A stretch of 63,120 bases of DNA, the filler included, from Sphacelaria rigidula (taxonomy: Eukaryota): assembly GCA_964200075.2 (NCBI GenBank). It is 10 parts of 10 records of this genome, joined end to end, with 100 filler letters (N's around TTAATTAATTAA, not from the genome) between each part and the next. Parts side by side here need not be neighbours in the genome. Positions count along the whole stretch, not along the records: positions 31,612 to 37,833 come from CAXNAA020021413.1; positions 37,934 to 44,155 come from CAXNAA020021414.1; positions 44,256 to 50,477 come from CAXNAA020021415.1; 7 more parts are not named here. One strand, written 5' to 3'. Both the position numbers and the translations under genes were made by a program. Under the pieces are notes generated by a model that was given only the letters and a program-made list of their open reading frames with translations, was not told the origin of the DNA and made no database searches. Shown here piece by piece: positions 36,570-49,692 of the stretch. Each line of letters begins with the position of its first letter. The stretch's first letter is position 1.

Positions 36570-38259
36570 GTGAGGAGCAATTCCGCGCTGTTCTCATACG
36601 TACTGAAGTGACGGCGTCGCAGGTATCTGTTTTATTTTATTTTATTCCCAAATATATGTATATATATTGTTTACAACATTTTCTACGCCGTGAGCACATC
36701 TAGAGAGAGCAGGTACCCGCAGAATCCCGGGTTGGCGTTTTTTTGTGTGTGTGGATTTTAATGGGGGGAAAGTGCGCCGCTGAAGAGAATGTCTTGGGGT
36801 GCGAAAGTCAAATTAATTTGCAGCCGACCGCGTACGTGATAACGGGCACTGTTTGTTTTCCTTGTTCCGTTTCGTTTCCTTTCGACTGGCTTTAGCTGCA
36901 ACTGCCACAAACGTGCACCCTTTTCTTTCACCCATTTTTTATTTCTGCTCACAACAAAATTTCTCTCTCCCCACATGTATGTACATGTATAGAAGGAATG
37001 TTGAAAAAAAGAATATTAGTAGAATTTCATCTTTTTATCATTCTTATAAAACACAGCAATAATAATTTGTATACAGGCTGGGCCGCCTAAGAAGCGGACT
37101 TTCCTTCAGCCGGCTCTAACTGATGATCTATCGCGAGTTGTGCCTACTATGACACCTCGTGGTAATCTGCAAATCAACGCGCGTCTTCACTTCACGTAGC
37201 ACTGCGATCTGACACGTTCCCATCAAACGAAATGCCAAACTGCAGTCAGCTGCGAAGTGTAGAGAGTTGAGGGTGGCATGTGTGGCGGAATTAGAGGAAA
37301 AAAACGGCTGAAATCGCATTTACGGTTAGTCAGTTGTGCCGCGACCGCAAAGTGATGATGATTGGGCTGCACTAGTTGTGGTTGTACAACAAGGCATGTC
37401 GTGCTGTAGGCGTGCAATGTCTGAGATGGCACGCAGACGAGACCTCCAGCGCGCCAAGGCGTCGCGCTTTTAGAAGACGTCAAAGTTACGGCTGAGGTTA
37501 TTGCACTCCAAAAGCAAGTGAACCGGTTCTCGGCAGAAAAACGCGATTTCACTGCTCAATTTGAAGTTGTTGTCCATGAAATTTTGACGCGGTATACATG
37601 AGGTATATGTGAAGCCCCTACCGTTTGCCCCCTCTTTTAAAAATCGTTTTCCTCGTATGTTATTGGTGATCTAAATTTCGAAACAGTTTTCTGGTGTAAA
37701 AGCGTCGACAACTCATTAAAAAAGGGAAAACATGTCAAGGGGAGATAATGGGAAGTTCAACTCTTTGGGAACCCTCCCTTCCGTCCCCGGGCCAGACGCC
37801 TCATTATGAGAAGCCCTGACAAAGAAGGAAATANNNNNNNNNNNNNNNNNNNNNNNNNNNNNNNNNNNNNNNNNNNNTTAATTAATTAANNNNNNNNNNN
37901 NNNNNNNNNNNNNNNNNNNNNNNNNNNNNNNNNTTCAACCCCATTTTCGAGAATCGGCTGTTATGTAGTGGTTGCAGTGCATATCTGCTGGGGTGGCACA
38001 CGCCTTTACGCGTGCCGGAAATCTGGGATTATGACATGTCATTTTGTATAAGCGTTTTTTCCCAGGAATGAGTACCCCACTTCATTCAGTTGTGTGTAAG
38101 TCAGTGTAAGTCTTGGTGTTAGGTTTTCGGTATGTGTGTGTGTGAGTGGGCAAAAATGGGTGAGTTAATTATATGAATGATACCTGGTCTCAACTGGCCA
38201 TGGCAGGCCTACAACTTCCCGCGACAACGCACCCGCTGCATGAGGCTTGCTATTACATA

Positions 38260-39610
38260 GGGCATGCCACAGAACGCACACCCACAACACAGCTCACACG
38301 CACACATGCACTGACGAACCACCACTAGCTAGCTGCCAAAGCAACAGCAGCAGTAGTACTGTAGTACGGAAACTGCCGTTGAACTTATCGCACACGCTTC
38401 ACGCGCCCAGCAGGCGACTGAACCATCACGTACTCGTGTGTGTTTGGATCAATTGTTGTGTTCGGATCAAATGTTTGTAGTGAATATATACTCCAGAGAC
38501 AATACAGTCAACTGAAGTACGCACTCTTGTGTGTCAAGGTCAATTGTTGTGTGCTTGGATCAAATGCTTCTAGCATTTAGTACAGAGAGTGCCGCGTAGA
38601 TTTGCCCCTAACCCCAGACAGTGAGTAGTAGTATAGTATTCAGCGTCAGAAGTTTTCAGAATTCGTAGTTGTCCTTTTTTCTTTGTCTGGAGTACCGTTC
38701 TTCACTACTACTTGAAAGTGCTAGCGCCGGTAAAGTTAGGGGGGAAGCGTAGGCCGCGCTCAAACTGCAGTGCTCACGTCGGTGTTTTTGGGGCGATACG
38801 GATTTGATACCCCATTTATCAGGAGGGTGTTATTCACCGTTTTTGGTCATATATAAGCAGTTTTCCCGCTCTTCAGCGACCAAACGATAAATATTCAGAT
38901 AAATTAATACGCTTGAAATTCTTCACAATAACGATCGAGATGGTTTTTTCCATCTATACTGCACAGACCTCAGTCTTACATTTTCTGCGGATGGCATATA
39001 TTCGGGGATTTTCCGCATAACATTTTCCATGAGCACTCGAAAGTGCTGGCGTCGATAGTTTTGGCAAAATAAGCAAACCGGGCTGAAATCACAATCGCCC
39101 AAGTTGTTGTGGGGGCGATACCGGGTAAAGACGCTGACTACTGTAGACAGTACCGTGGGCTATACAGATAATACTTTGCGGGACGGTGGCATTTACTGCT
39201 CTAAAAGCCGTGCTGTGAGCACAACTTTTACCATCAGGTTGACAGCAGATGGTTTGCTGATGTCACCATCGCAAGGGTTTTTTACGACTGCTCTTATTGT
39301 TCCCGACCACCAACACACCAACACAATGAACGCGGCGGAGGACAGAGGGACAACGGCGAACACACCCGGAATGTAAAATATGCCTTCAGTACAAACATTT
39401 GATCCGAACACAAAACAATTAATCCAAACACACAAGAGAACGTGATGATTCAGTTGCTTGCTAGGCACGTGAAGCGTGTGCGAGAAGTTCAACGGCGGCC
39501 TCCGTACTACAGTACTGCTGCTGCTGTTGCTTTTGCGGCTCGGTAGTGGCGGTTCGTCAGTGTATGTGTGCCTGTGAGCTGTGTTGTGGGTGCGCGCGCT
39601 GTGGCATGCC
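38260..39610. repeat. Inverted pair of ~220-bp repeats (family H) enclosing another repeat
   Basis: 38260-38480 is the reverse complement of ~39388-39610. Further partial copies at 39665-39734 and 40177-40320. Confidence 0.8.
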
Positions 39611-39736
39611 GCCTGCTCTGTTTTGGGTGGGTAGTAGGTTCAAAAATGGTGTGCCAGCTCTGTTGTGCGCGGGCGTGAAGCGTGTGCGATAAGTTCAACG
39701 GCGGTCTCCGTACTACAGTACTGCTGCTGCTGCTAA

Positions 39737-40176
39737 CACGGGATCTTACAAATTGGGGATGGATCATTTATTGGGGATGAGAAACCCGGAGAATTAAAAT
39801 CTTCGTATCCACACCAAAATTTTTTAATATGATTCCATTTCTCCACCTACTGATAGTTTTTGACAACTGCTACACGCCATTGAAATTTGGGTTTCGATCA
39901 CCCAAGTGTTGAGGTCCTAGGTGGACAACCAATTTCGGAACCATTTTGGCGTCCGTTCGGACACCCGGGAATCCCAAAAATTGGTTTTCCCCGTTGGACC
40001 CCAACATTTCGGTTATCGAAGTCCAAATTTCTTCGGCATGTAGCAGTTATCAATAGCTGTCAGTAGGTGAAGAAGTGGAACCATATTTCGAAGATTTGGT
40101 GTGGATACGAAGATGTTATTTCTCCGGGTTTCTCATCCCCAATAAATGATCCATCCCCAATTTGTGAGATCCTGTG
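39737..40176. mobile_element. Foldback MITE with ~200-bp arms, inserted in a family H copy
   Basis: CACGGGATCTTACAAATTGGGGATGGATCATTTATTGGGGATGAGAAACCCGGAGA pairs with the reverse complement at the right end. Confidence 0.88.
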
Positions 40177-41909
40177 TTTGCTGCTTTTGCGGCTACCTAG
40201 TGGTGGTTCGTCAGTACATGTGTGCGTGTGAGCTGTGTTGTGGGTGTGCGCGCTGCGGCATGCTCTACCTTGCGGGCGTGTTCTTCCGTAGTACAGCAGC
40301 AGCAGCAGCAGCAGCAGCTGGACACTATTAATTTCGCGACAAGAGAACGTGTTCAATTTCTAAAAAACACTGCAGGACTGCTGTGTTGTCTTGTGTTCAG
40401 TCTAGTACTCTGTACTCCATATACCACAGCAGAATTGTGTTGTGTTCAGTGTAGTAACCTGTACTCCAGATAATGTGGTCACGTTTTGAGCAGTTTTTGA
40501 AAAGTTCTCGAAACGTTTCGCTTGTTTTTCTGTCACAGAAATCCAAAGCCGAATCTGGAATAGCCCTAGACAACAACCAATTTGAAAATTGGAATGTGGG
40601 GGCGTGGGTAGCAAAGACGATTATCTTCGATGAAAGTCGACGCGGTGCGGGAGATCCGATGGCCATGATCCAATCCGCGATACCAGAACATGAGCCACTG
40701 ATGTGCGACGATCAATCAATCAATCGGGCAGGTAATGGGGGACCAATGGTTCGACTCTTTGATACTACGGACTCGTCCCAAGGAAGGGTAGCGGTTACAA
40801 GCATAGGGTACAAGAGTAATTAAGGGTATCGACGCCCCAAAGCACCCTCTTCTTGTACCCTAATCTATTTTACCCTACCCTACCCTACCCTACTCACCTT
40901 CGATGTCTAGGCCTTGAGAGTACCTAGCCCGCAAGCAGCGGCGTTCAACTATTTTCGTTATCAGATGTATTTGTATTTCCAGCACGCAAAACAGATTTGA
41001 CAAGGGCTTCTTTTCTCAACGAAGGACGAACGCACAACAAGCCACGAAAGACATGCAGCGCTTCAAACTAATCCCTTTCCGTCAAAAAAGCAAGTATCCA
41101 ATAAAGGCCGCCCACGCGGCCATCGGATTCTACCCGACGAGCAAAGCAATCAGCATGCAGTGTCCGCCGCGGGGATGCTACCGCATTTCCAATCGCATCG
41201 ACCAACATGGCCTCACCCACCAACACCGCCACGTCTTACACCTAAAAGCGCCGTAACGCTTCTGTATTCAGGCGGCAGATCTAGATATCCGGCTATCCGG
41301 CCACAATAGAGCACCTGCATTAATCGCTATAACCTGGCCGACAGAGCACCAAGTCGGAAGCCAGGAGAAAATAATTAGACGCGTGTATATTCGTACGTAC
41401 CTCTATACATTCAGCATACCCGCCGCCTACCGGAGCACTCACGTGTGGCGCCTGTCGAGTCATACTCCAGTCAAAATCAAGCCCCTGCAGATGGCGTGGG
41501 CCTACAAAGAATACTGCCACGTACCACAAACGCCACAAAACGATTCACGATTCACTATACATGCACAGCGGCGTACCAAGCACCGGACCTATTGCTCGGA
41601 ACAACTGCAACAATAACCAGCGCTTCCAACACACACGACGCAGAAATGCCTGCTCGTGTCCCTCAAGAAACACTTGAAACCACCCTTCTACCGCACAGGT
41701 TACACCATAGCGCAGGACGAGAAGGCGCTCCAGTATACCAACGAGCGGTCCTGAGCCACGTACTGTACTGCGGTTGAACACCCACTAGCACTGCAAATGC
41801 CACGCAGACATACATGGAGCAAAACCTACACCGAGAAGCGTAGCACGACGGGGATTAGCATACCCAAAGCACCTGCGTCTCTACAACTACCGAGTCTATC
41901 CAACAGAAC

Positions 41910-42101
41910 CTACAGGCCTATCCAATAAGATCGTCCGTTGGGATTATGGATGGGAGAGGGTGTCGGAGAAGCCAGCGCCCATTCGTACCACACCTTTGAA
42001 GATGTTGTACATCGCCAAAAATGCGCCTCTACCTTATCTCCCGGCTTGAGCACCACGGGGGTCCGGAGGGGAATATACAGCGGGAACCAGCTGAACATGC
42101 C
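41910..42101 (-). CDS. PRMT5: Protein arginine N-methyltransferase 5, last exon
   Basis: [12 protein letters not shown]...HFWR...KVWYEW...[13 protein letters not shown] is the conserved PRMT5 C-terminus. CAG| acceptor, phase 0. Confidence 0.97.
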   Translation of the reverse strand, partial: GMFSWFPLYIPLRTPVVLKPGDKVEAHFWRCTTSSKVWYEWALASPTPSPIHNPNGRSYWIGL

Positions 42102-43123
42102 CTGTAGTATCGTCATAATAACACAAATGATGACAAAAAGAAAACGCCCCGGTTCGTCAAAGATAAAACATGTCGAGTCAGTAAAGAAAATTAAATACGC
42201 TTCTCTGTTATTGATGTCGGTTAACTCCCACAACCGAGCACTTAAATACATCACAAGCAGGGTTCAATTCAAACAAAGATGTGGGTGGAAGCCGGCCTGT
42301 GGTGATCGTGATCATTCTTTGGGGTGCCTCGAGAGGGGAGCTGCGGGCAGCGGTAGCTTCGCTGTATTCGCGGGAGCAGCTACGTGAGCAGCAGAGAATG
42401 AGCAACGATACAAGTGCAGCTAATAAGCTTACGGCTGTCGTACATGTATCCCCTCCACGCAAGACGAGGTATATCTTGACAGAAACTCAGCACGATAGAG
42501 ATGACATGCCCCGTTGGCATCGATTCCGCTGACCCATGAGAACCGCGGTAATCCAAAGAGCCCATTCACCTAGGCGCCAACCATCGAGCATAAAACATCA
42601 CGTCAACATAACTTTACCACCAACCTACCCCAACCATCCACCCAACCCTCACCCTGACCCTATTAATAGAGCATGATAAGCGTTAGGTACTGCAATAGAG
42701 AGGTGAAACGAACCAAGGTTTGAACGACAGTCTCACGCCAAGGCCAACGACATGCAGACCATGAACCCTTGGGCACAGGGGGGTCCTCAGCAGAGACGCA
42801 GTGCCGCGGGAGGTACTCGGTGCAGTCATGATGTGAATATGATATCATCATCACGCACGGATTGTAAGGGTTGGAGTGGTAAAACATGTGAATCGGCGTT
42901 GTCGGGGGACGCGGGCAACTGAAGGCATGGCTTGAGCTCGACGACGTCCTTCTGGTACCTCAATGTGTGCCGCATTGGATGGAACATGTATCGGACGTCC
43001 CAGTTGCAATTTGTCCTGCGTGCTGCTTCTGTTAACCACTACATCCGAAAATACATTACAGCGCTTCATGTGCTATCTGACGTGACATCACTTCACATGT
43101 ACGTATTGTACAGCAAACCGCAC

Positions 43124-43213
43124 CTCTGAGAAGGTCTTGGGCACGATGCTGATGTAAATGTCCCCGTACAGGCGGGAGTCGAAGTATCCTGCAAAACCGT
43201 GCAGCGTGGAAGC
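43124..43213 (-). CDS. PRMT5: Protein arginine N-methyltransferase 5, penultimate exon
   Basis: ASTLHGFAGYFDSRLYGDIYISIVPKTFSE contains the HGFAGYF motif. GCAG| acceptor and |GTGCGG donor; phase 0. Confidence 0.96.
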
Positions 43214-44049
43214 CTGCACACACAGCGCCCACAGTACACATACAAAGCACACGACATCAAGTGCCAGGGCCAGCTGCATGGTGACAACAAACCATCCTGA
43301 CGTGAGATGCATGCAAATATTCACGCGAAACACCCTGCCAACATTCACCTCTCTGAGGCAGACGTTCATCCCATGGAGCCTCGCCCAGTCCCCCAATGCT
43401 CCGTCTCAAAAGGGATGCGTGGTTGGTGGTCAAACGACTAAGGCAAGCAACAAATGAGTACCCCCCCCCCAGCATACACGTCAAAACAACCTGAAATCTG
43501 CCGCCAACAAAATCGGGCACTGTGACACGCACCATGACTGTTTCATTACATAATTCTACATTTGTTGGAAAAGCCTCCTGTTATAAGTGCCGCCGTATCC
43601 CGAGTCAGGTCACACTGTTACACCGACTGCCCGAAGCGGGCTTCATAGCCCCAAATCCCGAGAGTTATATTTCCCTTCGTGAAACCTTCAACCCCTCCTC
43701 TTCCTCGGGACAAACCCGTGGCCTTGAAAAATCGACCCATCTCTATCTCTTCCCCGGAACACGCCTTGAATTTTGCTATCGAGGATTGGATAATGATTAT
43801 CGGCACTCCCGCATGGAATACACCTCTGTTCCTCACGTCCTCACGTTTTCGAGAACGGAAAATCGGGGTCATCTCAGAGAAAAAAAATAAAAACATTCGA
43901 GGTAAATCGGACCGGCGATCTTCCAACCTGACTAGTTTCACGTTTATAACTCAAATTACCGGAGCGCGGTGATGTTTACAGAAATGGTGAGTTCATGAAG
44001 AATCTGGTTGGATTTTTATCGTTGACAACGCGGGGGTATGATAGGCCTG

Positions 44050-44155
44050 TGCAACTCCCGGTGGTTCAGTTGGTAACCTCGTAACCTTCTGATGGTTGAA
44101 TTGTGGGGTTCGATTCCCGGAGCGATCTGGGATTCTTTCTTACACCATGCCCAAC
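44050..44155 (+). mobile_element. SINE 5' part at contig end
   Basis: A box and canonical B box GGTTCGATTCC, continuing into the SINE body (CGATCTGGGATT). Confidence 0.85.
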
Positions 44156-45514
44156 NNNNNNNNNNNNNNNNNNNNNNNNNNNNNNNNNNNNNNNNNNNNT
44201 TAATTAATTAANNNNNNNNNNNNNNNNNNNNNNNNNNNNNNNNNNNNNNNNNNNNCGATCGAGGGGCATTAGGCCGACAAGAAAGTCAGTGAGCACTATC
44301 GCTGAAAGTGTGGAGAAAGTACTGTTTTGGGCTCGAACCTCAATGAATTGATGAACATCATTTAATAGAATTGTCTGTTAAATCTCTCTCACGCAACCTC
44401 GCTGTGAAACGGGAGGGCAGTTGGAAGGCACGGGCGTGATCGACCGACCCTCCCGGAATGCAGCACCAGCACACACAAATAAAAATACCGACTATAATAG
44501 GAAGCTCCGTGAAATGTTTTCAGCACGCTTGCTTCATGTCACTTGTACGCGCAGATACGCCCACCACACCACCAGCTGTAGACTCTATATCACTACGGGT
44601 GAGAATGTCCGCATGCATGGAAACCAACTGAACGCGGCACAAATTACCGCATTCCACCTACGAACTGCCGTGCTTCTACGCCGCATCCCAGATGCTACAC
44701 TTCGAAGTAGCACCACCCCGCGCCCGGATGACATAATGTCCCGATACGCACAGAAAATGCGGAGACAATTCAAGTTGCTCTGTGCAGCTGAGACGTATGC
44801 CTACCAACAGATCTAGGCTATGGCGTAGACTCCTGCTGTAGATGGGGACATTGAGGGGAGGTGAAGGTCATTCACTGCAAATTTTGCTCTCTATCCCGAC
44901 AGGTGATTGGTGCGTCTTAGTATTGAACGATGGCTAGTTGCTAGTTGTACCTGTTGGCAGACTTTCGGCTTGCTGATATGCGCGCCGTATCAGTTTTTTT
45001 TAACGCGTGTCGCAAGGGCATATCGGAAGGAGGTTCTTTGTCCTGCAAACAAGAACATCTGTCCAAGCTTCTTTGGGAGAGGTATCCATCGCTGATTTAT
45101 TCGCCGTGCTGGGTGGATTTGATTCAGATTTCGTTGAGGACGTGGTGTCAGAGATACAGTAGTCAACGTGAGAAGTTTGCAGAATTCGTAACTTCTTATT
45201 TTCTCAAAGATTTTCCAAATTTGGTTCGCTTGCCACCGCTCATCACAGTGACTGTTGGATGCCAAAAAAGGGGGCATCTGGAGATATTTCAATCCTCTTG
45301 AGAAATATTAAAAGAAAACATCTGCGATCAATGTTGAGTGACTTACGGTCTTGACAGATATTCGGGGGTCCTGCGAAAGTGCAACCCCACATTCTGGATT
45401 TTTGCAATTTTCGGTGGACCGACTCGATCCCCATCACATACGTGAAGACTCAAAGAGGATTATGTTTTTGAAATTCCACCTATTCACTGCGCTATAGCCG
45501 GAAAACCATGTTTC

Positions 45515-46500
45515 TTGGACCATTTACAATCAATAACACCCTCCTGTTAAACGGAGTTCTTTACTCCGTATCGCTCCCACAACACCAAGTTGGGCATTAT
45601 GAATTGAGCGTGGTCTGCCTATTTCGCAAAACTATCAAGAGCCTGGATCCGTTTTTGAGGTTCAACATTGTAATGAGTTTCAACTCGAAAACAGTTTTTT
45701 CCCTGACCTAAAGTCATCAATCACCAATAATGAACTTCATATGGACGACCTCATGCCTCCCGACCTCCTTAAACCTATTTTCGGGCGTTGCCCGTCTTGC
45801 GTGCCCCCAAAGCGTATATGCGAAAGCACCAATTTCGGGCTATAAACGTCCCCTTTTTCGCCCCGATATCGAGGCGGAAAGGTGCTTTCGCACATATGCT
45901 TTGGGGGTACGGAAGACGGGCAACCCCTGATAATAGTTTTCAGGAGGTCGGGGGGCATGAGGTCGTCCATGTGAAATTCATTGGTCATGACTTTAGGTCA
46001 GGCAAAGCACTGTTTTCGAGTTGAAACTCATTAAAATGTTGAACCTCAAAAATTGATCCAGGCTGTTTATCGACGCTGGCACTTCAGAGTGCTCATGGAC
46101 AATGTGATGCGAAAAAGAACTCAAAAGAGGCCATCCGCAGAAAATGCGAGACTTGAGATCTGTGCAGTATGGGAGGGAAACACGATCTCGATCGTTATTG
46201 TGGAGAATTTTACACGTATCCATTTATCTGAATATTTACCGATTCGTCGCGGAAGAGCCTGAAAACTGCTTTTATTGGACCAAAAACGGTCAATAACACC
46301 CTCCTGATGAACGGGGTATCTAATCCGCATCGCCCTAAAAACACCAACTTGAGCACTGCAGTTTGAGCGCGGCCTACGCTTTCCCGCTAAATCTACCGGC
46401 ACTAGCACTTTCGAGTAGTAATTGAGAATAGTACTCGAAAAAATTCAAAAACTACCACAACTACGGATTTTGAAAACTTCTGATGCTGACTACTATATAC
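45515..46500. repeat. Dispersed element shared with 38620-39122 (opposite strand), interrupted by a foldback insertion
   Basis: 45568-45636 plus 46068-46500 align contiguously with the reverse complement of 38620-39122. Confidence 0.75.
45637..46067. mobile_element. Foldback MITE, ~430 bp, with apparent 4-bp TSD (TATC)
   Basis: ~195-bp inverted arms. TATC at 45633-45636 and 46068-46071; a single TATC at the empty paralogous site (39054-39057, minus strand). Confidence 0.82.
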
Positions 46501-47852
46501 AGCAGGTGTGCATCAGCATCATTGTGGTTTAGTGCTCTGTCCACTTCTTTGAGTCCATCGCGTCGTGTTCTCGGGTGGTGATTCCTTCAATAGGGAAACA
46601 CTGTGGAACATGACTACTGGAGTGTTTCGTATGACTGCCGGTATCCCAATGCGACTACGGCGGGGAGGCAGTACGCTTCCATATCATGGAAAGGGAATAT
46701 CTCTGAATGGTTACTCCCTTCTCAGGCCTCGTTCCCGGGTTAGAATTTTCCGCGGGGGCGTCCAAACCCACACGGTTGAACATGAGCTTTCAGGCCATTC
46801 GGTGAACAGGCAGCAACCCCATGTAAAAAATGACCCCTCGGCCCCTGGAAACCCTTGGATGTTCCTGGACGGTCAGCCGGTGAAACGGTTTAGAGGCGAG
46901 GGTCGCAGTCACGGGGTCGAAGCAGGTGCAATAGAAAGAACGAAACCCGATTCCAAATCAAGGGTAGGCCACACGACGTGTTGCATATTTTGCGTCAACA
47001 GCTCACCACGAAGTTCGAAAAAGTCGCTCGGCGCATCGATAATTCGCGTGAGCAGTGGTTGGAGGCAATTGTTCAGGATGCGAACAGTTCACTCACTGAA
47101 CCAGTGAGCGCTCACTGGTTCAGTGTGTAAACTGTTTGCAGGGAGAAAAACTACCAGCGATGGAGCCAAGTAGCGTGATCGTGCAACATAGACTCCGCAG
47201 TCACTTCTTCTCCCCCTTACGAATGTTGGTGGGGACAGAGGTCCTATCCCGGCGCTGATCGCTCGGCGGGCTCGACGGCATGACCCAGAGCGTGAGCAGC
47301 GCGCGGCGGTGGCGCAAGGTAAGGGGTCGTAGCAGAGCAACAAGCACAGACTGAAACGTTCTGCAGCATTCTTCGAAAACTGGTGCAACCGCATATATTG
47401 TCAGTTTTGCCTCATACCCAGCATCTTATCGGTACACCATATTTTCCCTTGTCACAACACACTCATGGTGTTCTCCCGATCACTGAGGTGTTGTCTGGTG
47501 GTATCTCGTGGCCGCTCCCAAAAAATATTCTGGTGGAAAGAATATCACATCAAGCCCGGGCCAGCTTGTCTGCATACACAAATTTAGACAGCAGTGGCCG
47601 TTGCACTGCTGGACCACAAAAAAGGACACATACAAAAAATTGAAGTTACGAATTGCCACGAGCGTCCAAGATCGGAAAAATGAAACGTGCGCATTCCAGG
47701 GCACTCACAATCAACACTTTCGCCCAACATCAACTCTCGTCAAATTTGAATCTTGGGATAATGGATTAACGGCTGGGTATTGGTGGACACGTTCGGGAGT
47801 TTTTCAGTATATTTGAGGCGAGCAGTAGGTATTGATGGCCGCGATTCAGAGC

Positions 47853-48312
47853 TTAACCCTTAGACCGCGAGGTGAGTCTTCTGTTGAATCGGCATCAATT
47901 TCAAGTGACACAAAGTATACATGACTAATCTCACGGTCTAACGGTTAACCATTAGACCGCGAGGTTAGTCTTGTGTTGTTGAATCGGCATCAGTTTCAAG
48001 TGAAAAAGAGTATGCATAATCCAAAATGACTAATCTCGCGGTCTAAGGGTTAACCCTTAGACCGCGAGATTAGTCTTCTGTTGAATCGGCATCGTTTTTA
48101 AGCGGGAAAAGTATGCGTGATCCAGAAAGACTAATCTCGCGGTCTAAGGGTTAACCCTTAGACCATAGATGCCGATTCAGCTGGTGACCTACCCTCGCGG
48201 TCTAAGGATACCCTTAGACCGCGAACGTAGTCCATCTGGACTGTGCATACGTTTTTGAAGTGAAATTGATGCCGATTTAACAGATGAACTACTCTCGCTG
48301 TCCAAGGGTTAA
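47853..48312. mobile_element. Tandem array of five piggyBac-type MITEs sharing TTAA sites
   Basis: TTAA at 47853, 47945, 48050, 48151 and 48309. Each unit is bounded by CCCTTAGACCGCG/CGCGGTCTAAGGG-like TIRs. Confidence 0.9.
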
Positions 48313-48435
48313 TGTGCCCGCCAGTACTCATTGATCCCCCGCACGAACAGCATGCCCTTTGCCACCCCATCAGCTGCCACGTACTCCGCCTCAGTACTGG
48401 ACAACGATACAATGCGCTGGGTCCTCGACACACCG
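48313..48435 (-). pseudogene. Ty1/copia RNase H fragment
   Basis: SRTQRIVSLSSTEAEYVA matches the copia RNase H motif SxKQxxVALSxxEAEYxA. Confidence 0.8.
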
Positions 48436-49639
48436 ATCACTGTAGTACTTTCAAGGATAAAACTCTCATGTCCCAGATCGTTTTCCCTCCAAACTGGCAC
48501 GGTGATGGACGCGATTCAGGTCATACTGTACTGTGATCACCAACGGGTATTGCTGCACGCTAATGAGAGCCTATTGCTCGCGACAAACACATTTGCGAAG
48601 TAGCCTTGTCTGCGATTGAGAGCCTATCGATGGACAGCGACGCCAGTCACGTGTGGCTGACGGTGACAAGTAATCAACACATTCTCGGGGCATTCGTAGG
48701 CCGCAATGTTTCATCATATATTATTCTCTAGTAAGCAGTAGTCTCTTACTGCTGTCCCCGGTGTCGTGTTACACAGACGATCTTGTTGTCGCACTATGGT
48801 ACCAGTACTACTCTCACAAAAAACTACGGAGCATTTTATAACGACACTGACTGTGATATCACGTGATACGTTTACTGATGACCACGTGTGTTTGGCGACC
48901 TTGCAAGATTGATCAGTGATGTTTAAGTCGTGTGCCTCATGTACTCCAGACAGGAGACTCCCTTGACAGTTGAAACCACACGAGCTTGCCGAGACATGAA
49001 TTCCCCGCTTCACGGATATAGTCTAGTTCCTCAGAAGCGCGATTTCGGACAGGTGTGGTTTGGACGCAAGTTTGTTGTTTCCTGCTTTTGAATCCGACGG
49101 GGTTGGGGGTGTGCGGGGTAATCGCAATCTCCTACGCTTGCTTTCCGGAACAACTCCCGTGCTCCCTCATCCCTCCTTGCCCATGTATGAACACAGCACT
49201 CACCACATGATGCTCTCTGGCAATACCTGCCGCGACCGTCTTGATATTCCTTCGCGAGCTGTCGTGCTTGATCGTGGCCAAATAGAAAGACCGTTGTTGA
49301 CTGTAGTTTCGTGAGGGCAAAGTATTTCGTGTTCGACGACGGTTCGTCGTCACCGCGAGCGGCGGTGATTTTTTTTAGCTGAACAACCCCTTTCACTTGC
49401 AGTTATCTTTCAATTATTTTGTACCTACTTGCACGCCACGCTAGGTGTACAGTCAAGACGGAAGTCAAGAGTACAAAGACAGGCAGTTCAGACAGACTTG
49501 TCAAATGCACACGGGGGTTACGAACGAATTGCTCTCATCTCAGTATAGGTACACTACGGTACCATCAGCCCGCACAACTGAGGCCCCGAAAGAAAAATAT
49601 GAGAACGAGATTGTGGCAATAACAATGATTATGACGGTT

Positions 49640-49692
49640 CACAACCTCATGACACAACCTCATAACACAACCTCATGACACAACCTCATGAC
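49640..49692. repeat. 13-bp minisatellite, four copies
   Basis: CACAACCTCAT(G/A)A repeated four times. Confidence 0.9.

Noticed and set aside
40872..40895. Telomere-like repeats (CCCTA)n here and CCTAAC-like units at ~52445-52482
   Set aside because: Few, degenerate, internal units; not a terminal telomeric array.
19453..43213. Functional cluster of an RGG/FoP-motif protein with PRMT5 (substrate plus arginine methyltransferase)
   Set aside because: They lie on different, artificially joined contigs, so co-occurrence is chance.
44050..44125. Functional tRNA gene
   Set aside because: The D-stem and acceptor stem do not pair properly, copies are diverged, and the sequence continues into a shared SINE body.
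46565..47107. 180-aa plus-strand ORF, and an RT-like TLDLESGF on the minus strand
   Set aside because: No splice support or domain for the ORF. The single RT-like motif has no accompanying YxDD, so it is too weak to call.
47853..48312. CRISPR-like array (palindromic repeat every ~100 bp)
   Set aside because: The 'spacers' are homologous to each other and to solo elements elsewhere. The repeat is two abutting TIRs around TTAA. No cas genes; eukaryotic context.
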